This document shows positions 18,863-26,428 of a stretch of DNA of 37,334 nt, piece by piece (position 1 is the stretch's first letter; every line of letters starts with the position of its first letter). The position numbers and the translations under genes are program-made. The notes under the pieces were generated by a model. It was given only the letters and a program-made list of their open reading frames with translations. It had not been told where the DNA came from and made no database searches. Source of the DNA: an uncultured Acidimicrobiales bacterium (GTDB taxonomy: Bacteria; Actinomycetota; Acidimicrobiia; Acidimicrobiales; SZUA-35); contig CALHBU010000248.1 in assembly GCA_937930655.1 (NCBI GenBank), forward strand, positions 1 to 37,334, given 5' to 3'.

Positions 18863-21442
18863 GTGCCGATTGGAAGACCCGTGGCTCCAGCTCGTTTTTT
18901 GTCGTTTCCCGCCAGTCCGGCGTTTCTTCGTCGATTCAGCATGCTGCTGTTGTCGTCGACGTTGGTCCTGCTGCTGGCTGGTTCTGCGTTGGCGTCTATC
19001 GACAGCCCGCGCCCGATGATGGCCGAAAGTCTGGCCGGAAACGGATGGGAGCCTTCCGAACTTCCAGACGTTGCGGTCGTTGTCAGCACTGATGGCAACG
19101 GTGCCGGAAAGTCGGTTATCGGTGCCAATGAGACGCCTCGTACCCAGCGGCTTGCGGCCGAAGGTCTCGAACAATCGATCGTGCCCCAGCTTGGCCAACT
19201 CCCCGGTGTGCTATCGGTGACGGCTGAGGATGTTTCACCCGGCCGAGTCGCCCTGTTCATCTCTATCGACGACGCCAACCCTGATCTGACGCTCAAGCTG
19301 ATCGAGACCACCATCCAACGGGCAGCTCCCGAACTGGCAATCGCCGTCGGCGGTCGGGCAGTGGCTGATCGTGACCTCCTTGATCGGCTGAATCGAGGCA
19401 CGCTGGTTGCGGTTGTGCCCGTTCTTGTTCTTCTCACCATCCTCGCCGCCGCTTCGTTCGGACCCAGGTTCGGGCTCGGCACGGGTGCCGCAGTAAGTAC
19501 GGCCACCTTGCTCAGTGGCATCATCGGATCCCGCATGGTCGGCCCCTTCGACGGCTCACTGGGCTCCACTGCTCTGCCGGCGGTGCTGGTGAGCCTCCTG
19601 GTTGCCACTGTGCTCTGCTTCCGGCTTCTCGACTGGTTCAAACAACCCGAGGGTGACGATCAGGCCCAGATCATTCAGAACGCAGTCCGCCACCTTCTCC
19701 CTGAAGCTCTTCTTCTGTTTGCCGGGCTCGTTCTGACTGCTGTCGTTCTCGGTCTCGCTGGTCCCGGTCGAACACCGGCAACGGTGGTTGCAGTTGGTGC
19801 GTTCGTTGGCGCCCTCATTACCTTTGCTGTCCTCCCCGCCATTCTGGTGGCTTTGCCTCCGGTGCCCGACGAGGACGACTTCCGAATGTTCCGGCTCCAT
19901 GTGCCTGATGGCCGTGACTTTCCAACAGCAGTGCTGGCCGGTTTTGCGTTGTTTCTCCTGGCTATCGGCCTATTTGCGGTTCGAGTGCCGAGCTCGGAGC
20001 TCATGGACGAGTCCTCATTACCAGAGGGCGTCATGTCCCGAAGGGTCTCTGAACAATTGGCTGGACTCGGGGGCGACCCCACCAGCGCGGTGCTGGTGAC
20101 TGCCAACGCCGAGTCCTCCGACCGTGACCTGACGGCCTGGGCCCGTAGCGCCTCCCTTCTGCCCGGCGTCGGTTGGGTTGAAACGGCCGTTGGCCGGTAC
20201 ACGGCTGGAGAATTGGTGACCCCCGCTGCTTCTGGAGCCACCTTCCAATCCGACGACGGACAGCTCATCATCGTCACGCCCAACGTGACGGCACGATCGG
20301 CGGCTGCCCAGGCGCTGGTTGTTGACCTTGCTGCCATCGAGGCGCTCGAGGTTGAGCTCTCCGGAGCACCGGTCGATGCCCAACGAACCGCAAGCGATGC
20401 CCTCTCCCATTTGTGGTTGTTGGTGCTCTGCCTGGCCCTGGCCGGTGGAACCGCGGTGTACATCCTCACCAGCGATCTCCGCCTCGCAATGACCACGGTG
20501 CTCTTGAGGGTGCTCGGAACATCAGCCCTCCTAGGGGTGTACACGATGGTTTCGGGGTCAGCGAGCGCAGTCGAACTTCACGTGGCTGCACTCACCATGA
20601 GCGTCGGTGTTGGATTGTTCGAGCTCGGATTCATCCGCCGCCTGACCAGCCCAGCGGCACAAACCGAAACCGACATGATCAACGAGCTCCTCGAGCCATC
20701 GCCCCGCCCCGACCCGGTCGGCGCCGCCTTCCGGCAAGAAGGCCGGGCCGCCATGCTTGGTCTTGGCATCACGGCCTTGACCGGACTCGGCTTTCTGGCC
20801 AGCGATCTGGAGATGGCCCGACGGCTTGGAGTGGCCATTGCCGCCGGCGTAGTGATCGAGCTGCTGATCGGTATCTGGATGCTCCGACCGGTTCTCATGG
20901 GCCGGTTCGCTCCCGGCGCAACATCTGTCGCCCAACGCAGAAGCGCCCGTCTGGCGCTCAACACACTCGACGAAGAGGAGACCCTTGTGGTTAACGAAGA
21001 CGAATTGCTCGACCCGGCTTGGCGACGTGTGGTCGCTGGCCTTCTCCGGGCCGAGTTCGCCTTTCAGAACGATCCGACTAGTGCCGAGCTCACCACCGTG
21101 TTTGTCGAAGACACACCGGTCTTTGGTGAGCTTGCGGCGCACAACCGACGACTCAGGGAAGCGGGTTTCCGGGTCACTGGTCAGGGCCCGAGACTGTTGA
21201 AGGTTCGTGCCGTCAACAGTGGCTCACCGGTCACGTTGGCCATCACGGTGGACCACCCCGAACGGAAGCTGGTTGATCGAGACGGACGCCTCCTCGGCGT
21301 GCGGCGAGCTGAACGCCGCGACGGCATGCTTTGGTTGGTTCAGGACCCGTCCGGTCGTTACCGCATCGCCGAAGCCGTCGACCTCGGCACCGGAGACATC
21401 GAGACGGTCGTTGCGGAGACTCCTGTCCCGCTGAATGCCTGA
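18863..21442 (+). CDS. Degenerate MmpL/RND-like multi-pass membrane protein with a soluble C-terminal domain (start uncertain: 18863, 18881 or 18941)
   Basis: Two blocks of extracytoplasmic domain plus a TM bundle, with MmpL-like landmarks (AVGGRA..D, VLPAIL, LSGAPV, LLRPVLM-like). The track start at 18560 overlaps the divergent hydrolase and was rejected; GGAG precedes GTG 18863. Confidence 0.7.
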   Translation: MPIGRPVAPARFLSFPASPAFLRRFSMLLLSSTLVLLLAGSALASIDSPRPMMAESLAGNGWEPSELPDVAVVVSTDGNGAGKSVIGANETPRTQRLAAEGLEQSIVPQLGQLPGVLSVTAEDVSPGRVALFISIDDANPDLTLKLIETTIQRAAPELAIAVGGRAVADRDLLDRLNRGTLVAVVPVLVLLTILAAASFGPRFGLGTGAAVSTATLLSGIIGSRMVGPFDGSLGSTALPAVLVSLLVATVLCFRLLDWFKQPEGDDQAQIIQNAVRHLLPEALLLFAGLVLTAVVLGLAGPGRTPATVVAVGAFVGALITFAVLPAILVALPPVPDEDDFRMFRLHVPDGRDFPTAVLAGFALFLLAIGLFAVRVPSSELMDESSLPEGVMSRRVSEQLAGLGGDPTSAVLVTANAESSDRDLTAWARSASLLPGVGWVETAVGRYTAGELVTPAASGATFQSDDGQLIIVTPNVTARSAAAQALVVDLAAIEALEVELSGAPVDAQRTASDALSHLWLLVLCLALAGGTAVYILTSDLRLAMTTVLLRVLGTSALLGVYTMVSGSASAVELHVAALTMSVGVGLFELGFIRRLTSPAAQTETDMINELLEPSPRPDPVGAAFRQEGRAAMLGLGITALTGLGFLASDLEMARRLGVAIAAGVVIELLIGIWMLRPVLMGRFAPGATSVAQRRSARLALNTLDEEETLVVNEDELLDPAWRRVVAGLLRAEFAFQNDPTSAELTTVFVEDTPVFGELAAHNRRLREAGFRVTGQGPRLLKVRAVNSGSPVTLAITVDHPERKLVDRDGRLLGVRRAERRDGMLWLVQDPSGRYRIAEAVDLGTGDIETVVAETPVPLNA

Positions 21443-21490
21443 ACAGGCTTATAGCCTTCCAGGTGTTCGCATCTGTTGAAGGGACAAACC

Positions 21491-22894
21491 ATGGAGATCG
21501 CCGATTCGGTGCTTGACTTGATTGGCAACACGCCAATGGTCCGTCTGCGGCGCGTCGCCGCTGATCTGGCCTGTCCGGTGGTAGCCAAGGTCGAGTTCAC
21601 TAACCCTGGAGGTAGCAGCAAGGATCGTCCTGCGGTCGCCATGATCGACGCGGCCGAAAAGGCCGGTCTGCTGAAGCCCGGTGGCACCATCATCGAACCA
21701 ACGTCGGGCAACACCGGTGTTGGCCTGGCCATCGTCGCCGCCCAGCGGGGCTACAAGTGCAAGTTCGTCGTCACCGACAAGGTCGGCGTCGAAAAGGTCG
21801 ACCTTCTCAAGGCCTACGGTGCCGAGGTCGTGGTCTGTCCTGTCGCAGTACCGCCCGAGGACCCCCAGAGCTACTACTCCACGGCCGCCCGACTGGTCGA
21901 AGAAACGCCAGATGCCTTCCGGCCGAACCAGTACGACAACGCCGAGAATCCAGCCGCCCACACCGCATCGACCGGTCCTGAGATCTGGCGGCAGACCGAC
22001 GGAAAGATCACCCACTTTGTCGCCGGCGCCGGAACCGGCGGCACAATCTCCGGGGTTGCCGCCTACCTGAAGTCGCAGAACCCCGACGTGCAGATCGTGG
22101 CTGCCGACCCCGAAGGATCGGTGTATTCCGGAGGCTCTGGTCGTCCCTACCTGGTCGAAGGAGTGGGCGAGGACTTCTGGCCAACCACTTACCACCCCGA
22201 GTTGGTCGACCGAACCATCCCGATTAGCGATCAGGAGTCTTTCCTCACCGCCCGTCGTGTGAGCCAGGAGGAAGGGCTTCTTATTGGCGGTTCGTGCGGA
22301 ACTGCGGTGGCAGCTGCGTTGGAGGTCGCCAAAGACCTCACAGCAGACGACCTCGTTGTGGTCCTCATCCCCGACAGCGGCCGTGGCTACCTGTCTACCG
22401 TCTTCAATGACAAGTGGATGGCTCGCTTCGGTTTCCTCAGCGAGGCCAGCGGACCGGTCGTTGGCGATGTGCTGGCGGCCAAAGAGGGCGACATCCCATC
22501 GCTCGTTTATGTCCAGCCAACCGCCATGGTCCGAGAGGCCGTCGACCTGATGCATCAACACGGCGTCTCGCAGCTGCCGGTGGCCAAGAACGACATGCCG
22601 TTGGCCGCCGCCGAGGTTATGGGCTCTATCGACGAACTTCGCATCATGGAAGCAGCCTTCAACGCTGATGGCGTGCTGGATCGGTCGGTCAACGACGTCA
22701 TGAGCCCGAAGCTGCCGACCATCGGCATCGGCCAGCCAGTCGAGATGGCAGTGCAGCTGCTGGACCTCGCACCAGCGCTGTTGGTCCTCGACGGCGGGCG
22801 TCCCCGCACTGTTCTGGCCCGAGCCGATCTGTTGTCGTTCCTTTCTCTCGACACCGTCGCTGCAACTGGCGATGCCGCATCCCCGAAGGGCTGA
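21491..22894 (+). CDS. cbs: Cystathionine beta-synthase with C-terminal CBS-domain pair
   Basis: LIGNTPMV, NPGGSSKDR (PLP lysine), EPTSGNTG, GTGGT, VEGVG, PDSGRGYLS and CBS repeats (GVSQLPV, VMSPKLP); RBS AGGGA before ATG 21491. Confidence 0.95.
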   Translation: MEIADSVLDLIGNTPMVRLRRVAADLACPVVAKVEFTNPGGSSKDRPAVAMIDAAEKAGLLKPGGTIIEPTSGNTGVGLAIVAAQRGYKCKFVVTDKVGVEKVDLLKAYGAEVVVCPVAVPPEDPQSYYSTAARLVEETPDAFRPNQYDNAENPAAHTASTGPEIWRQTDGKITHFVAGAGTGGTISGVAAYLKSQNPDVQIVAADPEGSVYSGGSGRPYLVEGVGEDFWPTTYHPELVDRTIPISDQESFLTARRVSQEEGLLIGGSCGTAVAAALEVAKDLTADDLVVVLIPDSGRGYLSTVFNDKWMARFGFLSEASGPVVGDVLAAKEGDIPSLVYVQPTAMVREAVDLMHQHGVSQLPVAKNDMPLAAAEVMGSIDELRIMEAAFNADGVLDRSVNDVMSPKLPTIGIGQPVEMAVQLLDLAPALLVLDGGRPRTVLARADLLSFLSLDTVAATGDAASPKG

Positions 22895-22896
22895 GC

Positions 22897-24057
22897 ATGA
22901 CCGAAGATTCCTCAGAAAAGAGCGGCTACGGCTTTGCCACCAGGGCCATCCACGTCGGACAAGACCCCGAGCCGGTCACCGGAGCCGTTACGGTGCCGGT
23001 GTTCCAGACATCGACCTTTGCCCAGGAAGCGGTCGGTAAACACAAGGGATACGAGTACGCCCGCACCGGTAACCCCACCCGAACGGCGCTCGAATCTGCC
23101 CTGGCGTCGCTGGAGGGAGCCGCCTTCGGTATCGACTTTGCATCGGGCCTGGCCGCCGAAGACGCCATCCTGCGGATGCTCGTGCCCGGCGATCACATCG
23201 TGATGGGAAACGATGCATACGGCGGCACGTTCCGACTCATCTCCAAAGTCTTCGCCCCTATGGGCATTACCTGGTCGGCTGTCGATCTCACCGATCCCGG
23301 CGCGGTAGCCAGCGAGTGGCCCGAGAACACCAAGATGGTATGGGTCGAAACCCCGACCAACCCACTCCTGAGCGTCGTCGACATTGCCGCCGTGGCTGCT
23401 GCAGCAACGGCCAACGAGGCACTACTGGTGGTCGACAACACGTTTGCGACGCCGTACCTCCAACAACCGTTGGCCCACGGCGCCGATCTGGTTGTCCACT
23501 CGACCACCAAGTACCTGGGTGGGCACAGCGACACCGTCGGTGGCTTTGTTGCCACCAACAACGCCGACTTCGACAGCCATCTCCGCTTCATCCAGAACGC
23601 GGTTGGCGCCGTTCGCGGCCCGTGGGACTGCTACCTCACGCTGCGGGGCGCCAAGACACTGGCGTTGCGCATGGACCGACACAACGAGAACGCGGCCGCT
23701 GTTGTCGATCTTCTCACTTCACACCCGGCGGTCTCTACCGTGCTCTATCCCGGGCTTGCATCCCACCCGGGACATGAAGCCGCCGCTCGGCAGATGTCCG
23801 GCTTTGGCGGGATGGTGAGTTTTCGAGCGGCCAAGGGTCGCGATGCCGCGGTGCGAATCATCGAAGCAGCTCGGCTCTTCACCTTGGCTGAGTCGCTGGG
23901 CGCCGTCGAGAGCCTCATCGAACATCCCGGGGTCATGACCCATGCGTCGGCCGAGGGCTCACCGCTGGAGGTGCCAGACGACCTGGTCCGATTGTCGGTA
24001 GGTATCGAAGACCAGGCCGATCTTCTGGCCGATCTGGAACAAGCGCTCGAGGCATAG
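22897..24057 (+). CDS. metB: Cystathionine gamma-synthase/gamma-lyase
   Basis: GFATRAIH, FQTSTF, YARTGNPT, SGLAA, ETPTNP, VDNTF, HSTTKYLGGHSD, AESLG.VESL and RLSVGIED. Synthase versus lyase activity cannot be resolved from sequence. Confidence 0.9.
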   Translation: MTEDSSEKSGYGFATRAIHVGQDPEPVTGAVTVPVFQTSTFAQEAVGKHKGYEYARTGNPTRTALESALASLEGAAFGIDFASGLAAEDAILRMLVPGDHIVMGNDAYGGTFRLISKVFAPMGITWSAVDLTDPGAVASEWPENTKMVWVETPTNPLLSVVDIAAVAAAATANEALLVVDNTFATPYLQQPLAHGADLVVHSTTKYLGGHSDTVGGFVATNNADFDSHLRFIQNAVGAVRGPWDCYLTLRGAKTLALRMDRHNENAAAVVDLLTSHPAVSTVLYPGLASHPGHEAAARQMSGFGGMVSFRAAKGRDAAVRIIEAARLFTLAESLGAVESLIEHPGVMTHASAEGSPLEVPDDLVRLSVGIEDQADLLADLEQALEA

Positions 24058-24065
24058 GAGACCAC

Positions 24066-24983
24066 GTGGCTGAACGCCTGATCGCTGTCGAACCAAAATC
24101 AGGGCGTTATGAGTCGCTGGAGCAGGCGGTTATCGAGGGAGGTGGTGAGCTGGCTTCTCCTAGTGATGCCCACGGCCTGGTGTGGGCCGATCCAACCCGC
24201 GCCGCCGACCTACCGGCGGTCCTGGCCACCGGCCCTGCCATCGAATGGGTGGCGTTGCCCTATGCCGGCATCGAGCCCTACCTCGGCTACCTCGACAACG
24301 ACCGGGTATGGACGTGCGCCAAGGGGGTTTACGCCCGACCGGTCGCCGAGCATGCGCTCATGCTGGCGCTGGCCGGTCTTCGCGGTCTCACCACCTTTGC
24401 CAGGGCAAGCACATGGAGCAGGCCAGAAGGGCACAATCTGCTCGACGCCAAGGTCGTCATCTTCGGCGGAGGCGGCATCACCAGTGAATTGGTTCCGATG
24501 CTCGAGCCGTTCAGGTGCGATATCACCGTGGTTCGACGGTCGCCCGAACCGTTTCCCGGTGCACAACGCACCGTCACCCCCGACCAACGCCTCTCGGCAC
24601 TTGCTGGGGCCGATCTCGTTGTCCTGGCCCTCGCCCTGACCCCCGAAACCGAGGGGATCATGAGCACCGCCGAGTTCGAAGCAATCGCCGATCATGGTTG
24701 GCTGGTCAACGTCGCCCGCGGCGGACACGTCGACGATGAGGCTCTTTTGCATGCGTTACAGACCAACTCCATCGGAGGAGCGGGCCTTGATGTCACCGTG
24801 CCCGAGCCGCTCCCGGATGATCATCCATTCTGGTCCGAAGACCGCATTCTGATTACTCCTCATATCGGCAACACACCCGAGATGGGCATACCTCTCTTGT
24901 CAGCCCACATTGTGTCCAACGTCCGGCGTTTCGTAGCCGGTCAGCCGTTGGATGGCCTTGTCGACACCACCGCGGGCTACTAA
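24066..24983 (+). CDS. D-isomer-specific 2-hydroxyacid dehydrogenase family protein
   Basis: PVAEHAL, GGGGI, LTPET, LVNVARG, GAGLDV..PEPL and ITPH; GGAG RBS before GTG. Confidence 0.92.
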   Translation: MAERLIAVEPKSGRYESLEQAVIEGGGELASPSDAHGLVWADPTRAADLPAVLATGPAIEWVALPYAGIEPYLGYLDNDRVWTCAKGVYARPVAEHALMLALAGLRGLTTFARASTWSRPEGHNLLDAKVVIFGGGGITSELVPMLEPFRCDITVVRRSPEPFPGAQRTVTPDQRLSALAGADLVVLALALTPETEGIMSTAEFEAIADHGWLVNVARGGHVDDEALLHALQTNSIGGAGLDVTVPEPLPDDHPFWSEDRILITPHIGNTPEMGIPLLSAHIVSNVRRFVAGQPLDGLVDTTAGY

Positions 24984-24988
24984 CCAGC

Positions 24989-26353
24989 GTGTCTCGGCGG
25001 CGGGCTCTCGTCCTGGCGCTACTTGTTGTTGCCGGCTGTGGTCGGTCCGACCCGCGTCTTGAAGGGCCGCTACCAACACTTCCTGTTTCGCCAGTCGAAC
25101 TGGTTGAGGTGACCACTGATGTCGGCGTCACAGCTGAGTCCATCAGCATCGGCATCCTCGCCGACTTGTCCGGCCCCCGGGCGATCATCGATGTGCCCGT
25201 GGTGGACGCCTACAAGTTGTACTGGGCTGAGGCGAATCGGGCCGGTGGCGTTGGCGGGCGGGTTGTAGAGCTGACCGTTATCGATACCAGTTCCGATATC
25301 GAGGCCCACCGGGCGGGCTATCGAGAACTGGTAGACGATGTCGGCGTGGTGGCCATCGGCTATTCGTCGGGTACCGGAACTACCCAGGCGGTCGGTCCAC
25401 TGGCCAGCACCGATGGACTGTTGGTGGTGTCCGGTTCCCGCCACTCGTCGATGATTAGCTACGACGCCGTTCTGGCCCCGCACACCAGCCTTTGTGTAGA
25501 GGCCATGAATGCCGTCTCCTGGCTCGACCAACGGGTCCGAGCTGTCACCGATGATCAGATCCGGTTGGCCATTGTTGGCGACGGCACCCCTGACGCCGAC
25601 GATGCGGTGGCCGGAGCCCGGCTGGCGGCAGTGGCACTCGACCTGCAGGTGGTTATCGACCACACCGGTACCGGCGACTTGGCTGCCCGTCTGGAGAACT
25701 CGAACGCCACCGGCGTTTTCGCTGCCGGCGAGCCGGGCTTTCTCGAGATCGCCATGTCCAGCTCTACCCAGGCTGGCACCGCGGATGGCTCACCGGCTAC
25801 CTGGACCGGTAGTTCGCTCAACCTTGACGTGTACGGCTCGGGTTCGGCCTCAGCATCAGCTCTGATCAGTGAGAACTATTTCCATCCATGGTCCCTCTCA
25901 GTATTGGGATCAGGCAGCGACGATGTCGACCGAGTCGCCGAGGTCCTGGCCGCGAGCACACCATTGGTGTCCAACTGGTCGTTGACGGGCTGGGCCAGCG
26001 CATCTTTGTTGTTCGAAGCACTCGACGGGGCTGCGTCAAGGGGGGACATGCAGCGGCAAACCGTCCTGGAGGTGGCCGGTTCCAACCGGACTCGCTTCGA
26101 TGGGCTGGCCCCGGACCAGACATGGCGTGGTAATCGAGCTGACCGAATAGTCAGAGAGACGGTGATCTACGACGTGGTTGATTGGGGCCAGCCAGAGGTC
26201 GTCCAGTTGGTCCCGGCCGGGGGTCCGGATCCGTCCGAGGTAGCGGTCTCTCATCGGCAGGAAGGGGCGTGCCTTGCCCCACCGGTACCCCCGCCAGCAA
26301 CCTCACCCACAGAAACCACGACACCGGATACTGTCCCTTCGTCGGACGAGTAG
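24989..26353 (+). CDS. Solute-binding lipoprotein (branched-chain amino acid/Liv-type fold), orphan
   Basis: Lipobox VVAGC, GVTAESISIGILADLSGP and ANRAGGVGGRVVEL..IDT; P/T-rich tail; no permease genes nearby. Confidence 0.82.
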   Translation: MSRRRALVLALLVVAGCGRSDPRLEGPLPTLPVSPVELVEVTTDVGVTAESISIGILADLSGPRAIIDVPVVDAYKLYWAEANRAGGVGGRVVELTVIDTSSDIEAHRAGYRELVDDVGVVAIGYSSGTGTTQAVGPLASTDGLLVVSGSRHSSMISYDAVLAPHTSLCVEAMNAVSWLDQRVRAVTDDQIRLAIVGDGTPDADDAVAGARLAAVALDLQVVIDHTGTGDLAARLENSNATGVFAAGEPGFLEIAMSSSTQAGTADGSPATWTGSSLNLDVYGSGSASASALISENYFHPWSLSVLGSGSDDVDRVAEVLAASTPLVSNWSLTGWASASLLFEALDGAASRGDMQRQTVLEVAGSNRTRFDGLAPDQTWRGNRADRIVRETVIYDVVDWGQPEVVQLVPAGGPDPSEVAVSHRQEGACLAPPVPPPATSPTETTTPDTVPSSDE

Positions 26354-26395
26354 CCCCTGTCGATAGCCCAGTTTCCGCCCTCAGCTTGGCACTCT

Positions 26396-26422
26396 TCAGG
26401 TTTCGGGCCGGTTGGCCGATGG
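26396..26422 (+). promoter_or_regulatory. Putative sigma28 (FliA/WhiG)-type promoter of the GGDEF-EAL gene
   Basis: TCAG (26396-26399)-N15-GCCGATGG (26415-26422)-N6-GTG (26429). Confidence 0.6.
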
Positions 26423-26428
26423 AACGAA

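Noticed and set aside
18846-18883. CCCAG-N14-GCCGATTG before GTG 18881 as a sixth sigma28 promoter
   Set aside because: The -10 element is good but the -35 match is poor and the start codon is uncertain, so it was not counted.
21443-21490. Possible SAM riboswitch or T-box before cbs
   Set aside because: The gap is only 48 bp and has no conserved aptamer elements.
21449-22561. 370-aa minus-strand ORF and similar long antisense ORFs (e.g. 956-1870, 5137-6015, 10351-11247, 19675-20544)
   Set aside because: These are shadow frames of well-supported genes in high-GC DNA and show no recognisable motifs.
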